A stretch of DNA of 64,000 nt from a virus: IMG/VR virus record IMGVR_UViG_3300020182_000012. One strand, 5' to 3'. The position numbers and the translations under genes are program-made. Within the stretch, counting starts at the first letter, position 1; each line of letters opens with the position of its first letter. The notes under the pieces are model-generated. The model had not been told where the DNA came from. It did no database searches and saw only the letters and a program-made list of their open reading frames with translations. Positions 16,437 to 26,293 of this stretch are shown in pieces.

Positions 16437-16679
16437 ATGGAAAACGAAAACGATACACCCGAAGAACAAAACACGGATGCACCAACCTTGGAAGTACAAG
16501 ATATTGCATACTGTAAGCAAATAATCGAAACAGCAAGTACTAGAGGTGCATTTCATGCAAACGAATTGCAAGTCGTAGGATTAACATACGATAGAATATC
16601 AAGCTGGTTAGCGTCAGTTACTGAAACAACAGAGCCTGTAGACGAAAATGTTGCAGAGCAAGGAGAAACAAATGATTAA
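16437..16679 (+). CDS. hypothetical protein
   Basis: IIETASTRGAFHANE core; overlaps next gene. Confidence 0.7.
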   Translation: MENENDTPEEQNTDAPTLEVQDIAYCKQIIETASTRGAFHANELQVVGLTYDRISSWLASVTETTEPVDENVAEQGETND

Positions 16680-17436
16680 ACATGTTGGTAAACAAGGTGA
16701 TCGCAAAGTAGCAATTATCTTTAGAGAAGTGCCAGGTGATGAGCACATGTGCCTAGTGGTATACCCAGATACATTGCAGCAAAACATGCACAACACACTA
16801 ATGGCAGCAATTGAAAGCAATGAAGCGCAGCAAGCCGACAGCCTAGGCGATGCACTTGCTAGTAAAATGTTTGGTGACGGTACAGTTATCTTGCAGCGAT
16901 TGCACCAAGAAGGCATGATTAAAAAAGTACAAACTGCACAAGTTATTGTTACGCCTACTCCACAAAGCCATGTTCGTTTAGACGAAATGAACAAGATTAT
17001 CAATGAAATGAAAACTGGCGAAGATGCAGTACGCCGTATGGCTGAGCTTGATGCAAACACAGGTTATACTGGTAAAGCAAGTCGCAGAGATGATTATGGA
17101 CGAGAAGTTGGTGCTCCGCAAGATATTGCCAAAGGCTCGCTTAATGAAACATCTAATCCCGGCACACGCCCTGCGCCCATGCAAGCAACAGGACAAGGTG
17201 CACTTGATGATGCAAGTATTGCAAACAACCTTAAGGCACAAGCAGACCGCATGGCAACCGAAGCAGCTAGCCTGATTGCTGAATCTCAGCGTATGCAAGC
17301 AGAAGCAGCTAGCTTGCTAGGCGAACCAGCGCCCCAAGCCAAAGCAAAAAGAACTACTAAGGCCAAGACAACTACCGCCGACGGCAGTGCTCCTAAGAAG
17401 CGTGGACGTCCGTCTAAGAAAGCATCTGTTGCTTAA
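16672..17436 (+). CDS. hypothetical protein with C-terminal AT-hook-like basic tail
   Basis: AAGGAG RBS, MIKHVGK start, KKRGRPSKK near C-terminus. Confidence 0.75.
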   Translation: MIKHVGKQGDRKVAIIFREVPGDEHMCLVVYPDTLQQNMHNTLMAAIESNEAQQADSLGDALASKMFGDGTVILQRLHQEGMIKKVQTAQVIVTPTPQSHVRLDEMNKIINEMKTGEDAVRRMAELDANTGYTGKASRRDDYGREVGAPQDIAKGSLNETSNPGTRPAPMQATGQGALDDASIANNLKAQADRMATEAASLIAESQRMQAEAASLLGEPAPQAKAKRTTKAKTTTADGSAPKKRGRPSKKASVA

Positions 17437-17738
17437 TGAATCTAAGTGTCACTGAAACAGAAAAATGGGACGAAGTTATAAACAGTATCGATCAAGATAT
17501 GATTCCAATTGATTGTGTTAAAAAGGTAGTGTTTAAACTTCGTGGTGGCAAGCAACGTACTATTAATCTCAACAGGTTAAGAAAACAAGGATTAATAATG
17601 GAAGACATCGAAGTTGTAGTTAATCGCAACATCGGTGAATTTGGCAAAGATATTGTTAATCTAATGTTTGTTATTGATGTGCCTGCGGTAGCTGAACAAA
17701 TTCAACCCTTAACTAGAAAGTATTTGGCAAATCTATGA
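17436..17738 (+). CDS. hypothetical protein
   Basis: TAATG coupling with upstream gene. Confidence 0.7.
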   Translation: MNLSVTETEKWDEVINSIDQDMIPIDCVKKVVFKLRGGKQRTINLNRLRKQGLIMEDIEVVVNRNIGEFGKDIVNLMFVIDVPAVAEQIQPLTRKYLANL

Positions 17739-18406
17739 GTGTTAAACTTATTTCCTATTCAACAGCAACAGAAGAATTAGCAACCGACGGATTAGATGAT
17801 CTTCAGGAATTGATTGCATTCTGTGCCAAGGTATCAAATCCCACTGCGCAAATTAATAACGAAACAAGCGAGCGTTTGCTTAACTATCTTGTCAAGCACC
17901 AGCACTGGTCACCTTTTGAAATGGTTAATGCTTGTTTAGAAATCGAAACAACACGTGATATTGCTCACCAGATTGTGCGTCATAGAAGTTTTTCATTCCA
18001 AGAGTTCAGCCAACGTTATGCTAATCCTGCAGAAATGGGAGACATGTTTGTATTGCGTGAAGCACGACTACAAGATACAAAGAACAGGCAGAACAGCGTA
18101 GAAGTTGACAGTGAAGAAGATATTCACTATGCTTGGGCAACCGAACAGCAAAAAGTAATTGATGCAGCCAGCGCGGCTTACAACTGGGCTATCAAAAACG
18201 GCATTGCTAAAGAACAAGCTCGTGCGGTGTTACCCGAGGGTAATACGAAAACAAGACTATATATGAATGGAACTATTCGTAGTTGGATTCATTACATTGA
18301 CTTGCGTGGTGCTAATGGCACACAAAAAGAGCACATGGATATTGCAAAAGCCTGCGCACAAGTCATTACCTCCATTTTCCCAAACATCAAAAACTATACA
18401 GCCTAA
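17735..18406 (+). CDS. thyX: flavin-dependent thymidylate synthase
   Basis: HWSPFE, RHRSFSFQEFSQRY, AKEQARAVLP, TQKEH. Confidence 0.95.
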   Translation: MSVKLISYSTATEELATDGLDDLQELIAFCAKVSNPTAQINNETSERLLNYLVKHQHWSPFEMVNACLEIETTRDIAHQIVRHRSFSFQEFSQRYANPAEMGDMFVLREARLQDTKNRQNSVEVDSEEDIHYAWATEQQKVIDAASAAYNWAIKNGIAKEQARAVLPEGNTKTRLYMNGTIRSWIHYIDLRGANGTQKEHMDIAKACAQVITSIFPNIKNYTA

Positions 18407-18447
18407 AATTAGACAACTAATTATTAGAATACAAAAGGTAAACACAC

Positions 18448-19500
18448 ATGGCTAAAAAGAAAAAACACCCAAACCAAAAGAAAAAACAAACAGAGGCAGT
18501 AGCAACCGAAGCAGTCTTGCCCACCGGAAGTAAAGTTCTAGTAACAGGCGGCTTGGGACTTATTGGCCACAATGTTGTTGCAAAACTACAATCAGCAGGA
18601 CACGAAGTACAAATTGTTGATGTGCTCACTACGTACAATAGTGTTAACAAAGAAGAATTAGAGTATTTGTACAACGAACGTATTAAAAAGATTTCTCCTG
18701 ACACACACATTTATAAATTAGATATTTGTGATGGCAAGGTCGACGAAGTCTTTGAAATCTTCAAGCCAGAATATGTTATTCACTTGGCTAGTTTTCCAAG
18801 AGAAAAGGCAGTAAAGCATAATCCAATTGATGCTGCACACACCATGGGCGAAGGTCTAATCAATGTCATGGAATGTTGTGTGCGTCATGATGTTAAAAAA
18901 GTACTGTATGCTAGCTCCAGCATGGTGTACGGTGACTTCGAGGATGACGTAAACGAAGATGCAGTGCTAAACCCACAGGGTGCATATGCTATTTGGAAAG
19001 TCGCTGGCGAACAAATCATGCGCCAATACAAACGTGCACACAATTTAGATTATGTAATTGTTCGTCCTAGTGCAGTGTACGGCCCATTGGATGTAGGCGA
19101 TAGAGTTATCAGCAAATTCCTTATCAGCGCAATGGCAGGCGGCACACTTCAAGTTAATGGTGCCACAGAGAAACTAGACTTTACATATGTTGATGATGCA
19201 GCTGATGGCATGATTGCTGCTACATTCAGTGAGCATGTTGGTACATACAATCTCACCAAGAGCCATAGCTGCACACTGGAAGCGGCTGCAAATCTTGCAG
19301 TTAAACTAGCTGGTAAAGGCTCAGTTAGCATGCACGAAAAAGACGACGACTTTCCAAGTCGCGGTGCACTAAACATTGATGCAGCAAGAAAAGACTTTGG
19401 GTTTGATCCAAAAGTTGATATTGATGAAGGCTTTCAAATCTATTATGATTGGCTTACAAACAGTAGTTATTGGGCCGTTAACAAAGCACAAGTTGCATGA
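18448..19500 (+). CDS. NAD-dependent NDP-sugar epimerase/dehydratase
   Basis: VLVTGGLGLIG, SSSMVYG, YAIWK, DFTYVDD; Lys-rich N-terminal extension. Confidence 0.9.
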   Translation: MAKKKKHPNQKKKQTEAVATEAVLPTGSKVLVTGGLGLIGHNVVAKLQSAGHEVQIVDVLTTYNSVNKEELEYLYNERIKKISPDTHIYKLDICDGKVDEVFEIFKPEYVIHLASFPREKAVKHNPIDAAHTMGEGLINVMECCVRHDVKKVLYASSSMVYGDFEDDVNEDAVLNPQGAYAIWKVAGEQIMRQYKRAHNLDYVIVRPSAVYGPLDVGDRVISKFLISAMAGGTLQVNGATEKLDFTYVDDAADGMIAATFSEHVGTYNLTKSHSCTLEAAANLAVKLAGKGSVSMHEKDDDFPSRGALNIDAARKDFGFDPKVDIDEGFQIYYDWLTNSSYWAVNKAQVA

Positions 19501-20582
19501 AAATACCATTTACTAACTTACAAGCCCAATATCAGGATTGTAAACAAGATATCGATGCAGCAATACAACGTTGCCTCGATATCGACAGTTTTATCACAGG
19601 GCCCGATGTTACAGAATTTGAATTAAAATTTGCAGAATATCTCGGCGCTGATGATGTAGCAAGTTGTGGTAGCGGTACTACAGGACTTTATTGTGCAATG
19701 CGGGCCCTAAACATTGGCCCAGGTGATGAAGTAATCACAGTAAGTCATACGTTTGTTGCTACACCCGAAAGTATTGTTATATGCGGTGCTACTCCGGTGT
19801 TCTGCGATATTGATCCAGACACTTGGCTAGTTGATCTTGATCAATTGGAAACACTGATTAATAAAAATACTCGTGCTGTACTATTTGTAGACATTTACGG
19901 ACAATGCCCTGACATTGAGCGAGTGCGCAACATATGCGATCATTACAATCTTGCAATGGTAGAGGATGCTGCACAGAGTGTGGGCAACCGGTGGAACGGT
20001 CGTCCGGTGGGAAGCCTCAGTGACATTACTTGTATGAGCTTTAATCCTGTGAAAAACTTGGGTGCAGTGGGTGATGCAGGCGCAGTAAGTGGCAGCAAGC
20101 ATTACATGAATGAAGTTCGCAAGTATAGAGATCATGGTAGAACTGGTCGTTACGACATTGTAGAAGTTGGATACAATGCTAGAATTGACAACATACAAAG
20201 CAATGTTGTTATGGCTAAATTGCCCAAGCTAGATGGCTGGCTTGAGCGCAAAAGAGAAATCTGTAACTATTATACCGAACAGTTATCAAGTGTGATTAAA
20301 ACGCCTGTTACTGTAGAAGGTAACAGTCATAGCTGGTATGTATATGTAATACAAACTGCTAATAGAGAGAGTTTAAAAGCACATCTCAATGATGCTGGCA
20401 TCGGAACAAACATTCATTATATGAGAGCTGCACACCAACAACCAGCATTTGCACAGTGGAGTCGTAGTTTGCCAGTAACTGAACGCACTGTAGACGAGAT
20501 ACTCAGCATACCGTGTTGGTATAGCATGACTGACAGCGAAGTTGATTATGTAGTAGACAGCGTTAAAGGTTGGAAATCATGA
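19497..20582 (+). CDS. DegT/DnrJ/EryC1/StrS PLP sugar aminotransferase
   Basis: SGTTGL, GDEVI, EDAAQS, SFNPVKNLG, GYNARID. Confidence 0.92.
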   Translation: MKIPFTNLQAQYQDCKQDIDAAIQRCLDIDSFITGPDVTEFELKFAEYLGADDVASCGSGTTGLYCAMRALNIGPGDEVITVSHTFVATPESIVICGATPVFCDIDPDTWLVDLDQLETLINKNTRAVLFVDIYGQCPDIERVRNICDHYNLAMVEDAAQSVGNRWNGRPVGSLSDITCMSFNPVKNLGAVGDAGAVSGSKHYMNEVRKYRDHGRTGRYDIVEVGYNARIDNIQSNVVMAKLPKLDGWLERKREICNYYTEQLSSVIKTPVTVEGNSHSWYVYVIQTANRESLKAHLNDAGIGTNIHYMRAAHQQPAFAQWSRSLPVTERTVDEILSIPCWYSMTDSEVDYVVDSVKGWKS

Positions 20583-21448
20583 AAATGAATTTGGTTGGAG
20601 CAGGCTATTGGGGTAGTAAACTCCTTGAAAGCTTGAAGCAGTTTGATGTTGATGCAACAGTAATTGACATACGCAACGGCCAAACCATTGATGACATCAA
20701 CAACAGCGATCCAGTTATACTAGCAACACCATTATGGCAGCACCACGAGCAAACAGTTGAGCTGGTTAAACGTGGACACGATGTGTATGTCGAAAAACCA
20801 ATGGCCGAGACTGCTGAACAAATCGAAGACATTGCCAGTCATCTTAAAGACGATCAATTGATAATGGTAGGTCACATATTCTTGCACCATCCTCAAATAC
20901 ATTTGATTAAAAGCATGCTGGACAACGGCGACATTGGCGACTTGACTTATATTCGCAGCGAAAGATCAAATTGGGGAATTTATCAAACTAAAACAGATCC
21001 AGTTCTGAGTTTAGCAACACATGACATTAGCATTGTGAATTATTTCCAAGGCCCAATGACTGTAACCAATGCACAAAGCTGGAACTACAGTAACAACATT
21101 GTGCCTGACAGAGTTTGGTTTAGTGGCACACCTGGTTACGATATTGATGTCAGCTGGTATAGCCCAGTGCGTATTCGCCGCACTGTGTTGTTAGGAACTA
21201 AAGGACAAATTGTCTGGGATCAAGATGCTAACACTGTTACTGTTAGCAAACATAGTATAGAAGATCGCAGAAGTATAACTGATGCTTCCCTTAAAGTGTA
21301 TGAATACGATTACAAATATTCGCCTTTAGAATACGAATTAAAGCACTGGGTAGATTGTGTTGTTAATCGCACTACACCAAGTACAGGCATACGCAATGCA
21401 TTAGAAGTTGCTAATGTTATTGATTCTCTTAAAGGGATCCGTACTTAG
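20579..21448 (+). CDS. Gfo/Idh/MocA oxidoreductase
   Basis: VGAGYWG, ATP..H, VEKPM, MVGH, HDIS. Confidence 0.88.
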   Translation: MKMNLVGAGYWGSKLLESLKQFDVDATVIDIRNGQTIDDINNSDPVILATPLWQHHEQTVELVKRGHDVYVEKPMAETAEQIEDIASHLKDDQLIMVGHIFLHHPQIHLIKSMLDNGDIGDLTYIRSERSNWGIYQTKTDPVLSLATHDISIVNYFQGPMTVTNAQSWNYSNNIVPDRVWFSGTPGYDIDVSWYSPVRIRRTVLLGTKGQIVWDQDANTVTVSKHSIEDRRSITDASLKVYEYDYKYSPLEYELKHWVDCVVNRTTPSTGIRNALEVANVIDSLKGIRT

Positions 21449-23003
21449 AATCAAAGTACTGTCTCAGCCAAGTCCAATCAAATGCCGCCTTTAATTTAGG
21501 CAAATCTGGGCCAGTTGCGTTAAAGAACTCTACACCATCACGAGCACCATTTAATACCCATTCACTGTGCGGGCCGTGTGCCTTATTGGTCCACACGTGC
21601 AATCGATGACGAGCTTCCATGTTGGGAGTTCCATCTAAGAAGTAACTCAATTTACTAGCTTCCCTAAATGCAGTACGCCAAGCTTGATACGGGCTAGTAG
21701 CAAAGTTTCCATAACAACTTAGCTCAGGTACTACCTCGACCGGAAAGCTCATTGTGAAGTCTAATCCAAGCTCGCTGTAATCAGCACTTTCAATTACCAT
21801 GCGATTGTTGTACAGCACAACACCCATATGACCGTATACTAAATTATTGCTCATGTTTTTGCAATTAAAGATATAGTTCTTAGGAATTTGCATATAATCC
21901 GGAATATAATCAAATTTAAAATTTGGATTTAATTCAGTTTTTGCAAACACATGATAACTCCAGGGTGTGTTGCTTTTCGAACTTGCTGCCTGCAATGCTT
22001 GCTGCATGCCTTTAACTCCGTGCACACGATGCACAGTATTAGGTAAATCTTTTGTTATTTCCAATAATGTATTATAATTCTTTTCGGCGTCAATTTCATC
22101 ATAACTGATATAAACAATATCTTGGGGATCAGCTGACAGCACCGGGTGACTTTTATCTACCCACGGATAATCATAAATTTGAGTATTCAAATGATTCTTA
22201 GCTTCTCGCGGAATTAACACAGTGCTTGCACCTGCTACTAACGGAACAACTGTCTTAGTTTGTTCTTGCCACAAACTAATTGCCGGCACATCAATTTGTG
22301 CATTGTCATAACGACGAAATACTGCATAAGGCTCAACAAATTCGTGTTGCCATACTGCATCAACCACAGTGTCTGCGTCAAAATCAACAAAAGTCATTGG
22401 ATGGCGTTTTACTGTCCACACATCTGTAACAAAGTGTAGTGTTTCAAACCACTCAAGTATCTTTAAGTTTTCTGTTTTAGCTAAAAAACTAGGCACATGC
22501 ACATAAAAAGTATCTCCAAACTTTTGTTCATTGCTAGGAAATACATGCAGCATGTCGTGCTGGTATTCACTGTGATGCCAAGTGAAATCAAAATCTTTGT
22601 AATCGCAAACATCAGCTGTGACCCAACAGTACTCCCAATCTACTTTCTTTAACACTCGGCGCATTGTACCCAAGTAATCACTGATATATCGTGTGTTAAT
22701 ATCTCCTAAGTCCGGACTGGATGGGCTGTGTTTTATATGCAGTCTAGGTACGTAACCGACTCGGTTTACAATGGCATGATTGTAGTTTTTGTCTACGGCC
22801 CCGTGTTTTGGAACAAGCATGGTACCGGAGTTTTCTTGGTGCTGACTAGGCCACACATGTATTTGTTCACTTTCCCAAGGCGCAGGCTCCCAGGAGAAGT
22901 CAAAGTTAGAATAATCGCACCGATCATCTAACATCCATAAGTATCTAGTCCTGCTGAGTTTGCAGGCTTCATTAATGTCCATGGAATAAAATTTATCAAA
23001 CAT
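21429..23003 (-). CDS. glycosyltransferase-like protein (SYDE family), multi-domain
   Basis: C-domain ISYDE, RVHGVKG, YGHMG, QAWRTAFRE; paralog of 46089-47015; N-half has repeated FDF(S/T)W...H(V)xPS units. Confidence 0.55.
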   Translation of the reverse strand: MFDKFYSMDINEACKLSRTRYLWMLDDRCDYSNFDFSWEPAPWESEQIHVWPSQHQENSGTMLVPKHGAVDKNYNHAIVNRVGYVPRLHIKHSPSSPDLGDINTRYISDYLGTMRRVLKKVDWEYCWVTADVCDYKDFDFTWHHSEYQHDMLHVFPSNEQKFGDTFYVHVPSFLAKTENLKILEWFETLHFVTDVWTVKRHPMTFVDFDADTVVDAVWQHEFVEPYAVFRRYDNAQIDVPAISLWQEQTKTVVPLVAGASTVLIPREAKNHLNTQIYDYPWVDKSHPVLSADPQDIVYISYDEIDAEKNYNTLLEITKDLPNTVHRVHGVKGMQQALQAASSKSNTPWSYHVFAKTELNPNFKFDYIPDYMQIPKNYIFNCKNMSNNLVYGHMGVVLYNNRMVIESADYSELGLDFTMSFPVEVVPELSCYGNFATSPYQAWRTAFREASKLSYFLDGTPNMEARHRLHVWTNKAHGPHSEWVLNGARDGVEFFNATGPDLPKLKAAFDWTWLRQYFDSKYGSL

Positions 23004-24099
23004 GATTAGAATCGACGAAGTTTACAATAATGTTTTCCTGCCACGTGCGTTGGCAAAATCCAACAAAGGCAGTGCAGATAATAGCAACCAACAAATTGGT
23101 TTGCACTGGTTTGATCCCTTTGGAACAACACAATTTAAAAACATTTGTAGTTTGCCACCTATTACTTGGGGACAGAGCATGGAAAGTAGTGCCACCAGAG
23201 TTATATTTTGGGATCAAGAACCGGTACATAAACATAGATTTCAAGAGTTCATTTCAATATTTTTAGAATCATTTGACGCCAGCACTACACGACTTGTTAC
23301 CAGTGAATACAATAGCGAAGATGTTCAGTGGGCTTGTGATACTTATGGACTCACAAGCGACTACTATTTTTTTCATGGATGGGCTGCACTTGACTGGTAT
23401 CGAGGATACAACAGAACTAGTGTAGCACAACCTTTTGCGGATCGCAAGCCATATAATACATTTCTTTGTCCTAATAATATAATTGGCGGCGAACGTCGGC
23501 ATCGAATCGAACTGTTAAACCAATTTGCAAACAGAAATATGTTGGATAAGAATCTTATATCATTTCCGGATACATGCCCATACGAAGGACTGTCAATTAA
23601 TGCTATATGCAAGAAGTATAACCTACAGGTACCAAATGTTCGACTACCTCTTACTATTGACAATGGTAGTGGATATGCTGCACAAAGCCATAGAATCGAT
23701 TTGTGGGAACAAGCAAACAATAGTTTAATACAAGTTGTAACAGAAACAGCATATGACGGTAACAAACAACACTTGACTGAAAAATCATTTAAACCTATAG
23801 TAATGCAACAGCCTTTTATAATACAGAGTTGCAAAGGCAGTTTAGAATACTTGCGCCGTTACGGGTTTAAAACATTTGGTGAATTCTGGGACGAAAGTTA
23901 TGACGAGCACGAAGATGACTCACGAACTCAAGAAATTGGTCGGTTATTATACGATATTAATAATATGAGCCAAAAAGAAAAAGCCTCTCTACAAAAAGCC
24001 GTAAGTAATACTGTGCAACACAACTTTGACTGGTTTTACAGTGACAAGTTTGAAAACATACTATGGGACGAACTCAACGAAATGACAGAACAATGGTAA
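23002..24099 (+). CDS. GT10/fucosyltransferase-like protein, paralog 1
   Basis: VVTET...LTEKSFKP...QPFI...YGFKTF..WDESYD. Confidence 0.5.
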   Translation: MIRIDEVYNNVFLPRALAKSNKGSADNSNQQIGLHWFDPFGTTQFKNICSLPPITWGQSMESSATRVIFWDQEPVHKHRFQEFISIFLESFDASTTRLVTSEYNSEDVQWACDTYGLTSDYYFFHGWAALDWYRGYNRTSVAQPFADRKPYNTFLCPNNIIGGERRHRIELLNQFANRNMLDKNLISFPDTCPYEGLSINAICKKYNLQVPNVRLPLTIDNGSGYAAQSHRIDLWEQANNSLIQVVTETAYDGNKQHLTEKSFKPIVMQQPFIIQSCKGSLEYLRRYGFKTFGEFWDESYDEHEDDSRTQEIGRLLYDINNMSQKEKASLQKAVSNTVQHNFDWFYSDKFENILWDELNEMTEQW

Positions 24100-25268
24100 C
24101 ATTTTGTGCAGATAAATTTAAAGGCAATGTGCCTTTTCCTAATTGTGCTGTCTGGGATGCACAACCATTTACCACTCAGTGGCGGCAATTTAGTATTAAC
24201 AGCCCGTTCAGTGAACCAGTGCATTTTTACGAATATCTAAAACAAGAAGGTATTGACTATAGTGTAGTCGACACCAGTGATGCACCCAACGGCAGCATAT
24301 ATCCAATTAGTCTTAGCTTTTTTGATTTTACTATAGAATGGTTTGATGTTATCCCGAAAAACGTTGTAAAACGTTTGGCAGACAACCAACTAAAAATTTG
24401 GTTTTTCTACAGCGAAGGAGATAACCCTTTTCGCATAAAAAAACATATTGAAAAACAAATGGTTACAGCAGGCATTTCGCCAGAAAACCTGCATTTCACC
24501 ACTGCAAACACTAAAAGTCACGATCTTACACAGTTCAGCTACTTATGTGACGATGAGCTGTTATACAGGCTCCGTAATGAAGGTCTAGCAACTGAGTTCC
24601 ACGACCTCCCACGCAGTAAAAATTTTACTGCACTTGTGCGCACACACAAATGGTGGCGTGCTAACACCATGACCAGACTGTGGATGAAAGGGTTGCACGA
24701 AAAAGGATTCTTTGGATACAATGCTGATATTAGTGTAGGTGATTTACCAGAAGATAATCCTGTTGAAGTTGATAGTTTTGGTAGTCTAAGACATCACACT
24801 GAATTCTTTTTAAAACTGTGCCCGTTTCATGCAGATTTATTGAGCAGCGACGAACACAATTTGTACCATCACACTGTGGCAGCACACCACGACGATGCAT
24901 ACTTTAACTTTGTAATCGAAACGCATTTAGATGTAGATCAAAGCAACGGTGTGTTTTTAACAGAAAAAACATTTAAACCCATCAAGCATGCACAGCCATT
25001 TGTAATTGTTGGTGCGGCAGGTAGTATACAACAGTTACGCAACATGGGTTATAAAACGTTTGATCATGTTGTTGATCACAGTTATGACAACATTGCTAAC
25101 AACACTGAGCGCTGGAATGCAGTGTGCAACGAAATGGAACGAATTGCAAAATCTAAAAAAATACATCAAATGTATATAGATTGTAAAGAAGATTTGCTGC
25201 ACAATCAACAGTTATTCTTGGCTAGCAAAGCCAATAGATTAGAAACAATATTAAGGAAATTAAAATGA
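24093..25268 (+). CDS. GT10/fucosyltransferase-like protein, paralog 2
   Basis: VIET...FLTEKTFKP...QPFV...GYKTF..DHSYD. Confidence 0.5.
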   Translation: MVTFCADKFKGNVPFPNCAVWDAQPFTTQWRQFSINSPFSEPVHFYEYLKQEGIDYSVVDTSDAPNGSIYPISLSFFDFTIEWFDVIPKNVVKRLADNQLKIWFFYSEGDNPFRIKKHIEKQMVTAGISPENLHFTTANTKSHDLTQFSYLCDDELLYRLRNEGLATEFHDLPRSKNFTALVRTHKWWRANTMTRLWMKGLHEKGFFGYNADISVGDLPEDNPVEVDSFGSLRHHTEFFLKLCPFHADLLSSDEHNLYHHTVAAHHDDAYFNFVIETHLDVDQSNGVFLTEKTFKPIKHAQPFVIVGAAGSIQQLRNMGYKTFDHVVDHSYDNIANNTERWNAVCNEMERIAKSKKIHQMYIDCKEDLLHNQQLFLASKANRLETILRKLK

Positions 25269-26293
25269 GTAAAGTAAGTAGTTACACCAGCTGGCAACCA
25301 TTGGAAGAAGTTATTGTTGGTCGTGCATACACACCTGACTATTTTGACTTTATCGACGATGCACAAGTGCGTAACCAGCTGCAACAAATTTTAGCAGAAA
25401 CAAATGAAGACTTGGACAACTTGCAAAAGACTTGTGAAGAATATGGTGCTGTTGTAAAACGCCCTGGCTTACCCGATAAAGACAATTTCCAAGGAGGCCA
25501 AGTCGCTGACGGCGGTGGCGCACCGTTGCCTCCGCTTACACCACGTGACTGGCAAATTAGCTTAGGCGACAAACTGCTGAGAGTGTTGCCAGTCGACGAA
25601 TTAAATGATATTTGTGCCGAATACGGAGATCAAGTTATTAACCCACACGGCGAAACATGGGACCCTGATTGTATTTTAAATGGTTCTAGTGCTAGTTGTA
25701 TTGTACGTGTTGGGCGTGACGTATTCTTCGACAACAGCGAGTATTTACAACCACATCAAACTAAATGGATTGTAGAGAATGTACTAGGTCCAGAATATCG
25801 TGTACACGAAGCAATCACAGACGGACACGGAGATGCTGTATTTGCCATTCTCAAACCAGGTGTTATTCTTTCAAGCAAGTGGGATGATCAACTCAACTTA
25901 GCCGAAGACTTTCCGGGATGGGACGTTTGTAAGATATGGGATAGTAGTATCTGGGCCGCAATGGAAGTTGGCAAGTTTAAAGAGGAAAACTTCAACGGCT
26001 CATGGTATGTTCAAGGGCAAACCCCAACCCAAGAATTCAGTAACTTTGTTGACCAGTATCTCAGTAAATGGGTTGGCTTTGTCAGCGACACAGTGTTTGA
26101 TGTTAACTGCCTTGTGTTAGACGAAGAGAATGTTGTCTTTAGTGCGTACAATAAAGAAGTATTTGATTATTGCGCCAAGCACAAAATCAATCCTATTATT
26201 AGCGAACTGCGTCATAGTTATTTCTGGGATGGCGGTATTAGTTGTTGCACACAAGACATTAGGCGCAAAGGTGGGTTAGAAGAATATCTATGA
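25265..26293 (+). CDS. amidinotransferase, paralog 2
   Basis: WQPLEEVIVG, TPRD, GHGD, GGISCCT. Confidence 0.85.
   Translation: MSKVSSYTSWQPLEEVIVGRAYTPDYFDFIDDAQVRNQLQQILAETNEDLDNLQKTCEEYGAVVKRPGLPDKDNFQGGQVADGGGAPLPPLTPRDWQISLGDKLLRVLPVDELNDICAEYGDQVINPHGETWDPDCILNGSSASCIVRVGRDVFFDNSEYLQPHQTKWIVENVLGPEYRVHEAITDGHGDAVFAILKPGVILSSKWDDQLNLAEDFPGWDVCKIWDSSIWAAMEVGKFKEENFNGSWYVQGQTPTQEFSNFVDQYLSKWVGFVSDTVFDVNCLVLDEENVVFSAYNKEVFDYCAKHKINPIISELRHSYFWDGGISCCTQDIRRKGGLEEYL

Noticed and set aside
17735-21448. Classical DNA hypermodification cassette anchored on thyX
   Set aside because: No recognisable dNMP hydroxymethylase, 5-hmdU kinase, aGPT-Pplase or deazaguanine (Que/Dpd) genes in this window. 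It cannot be excluded for the rest of the genome.
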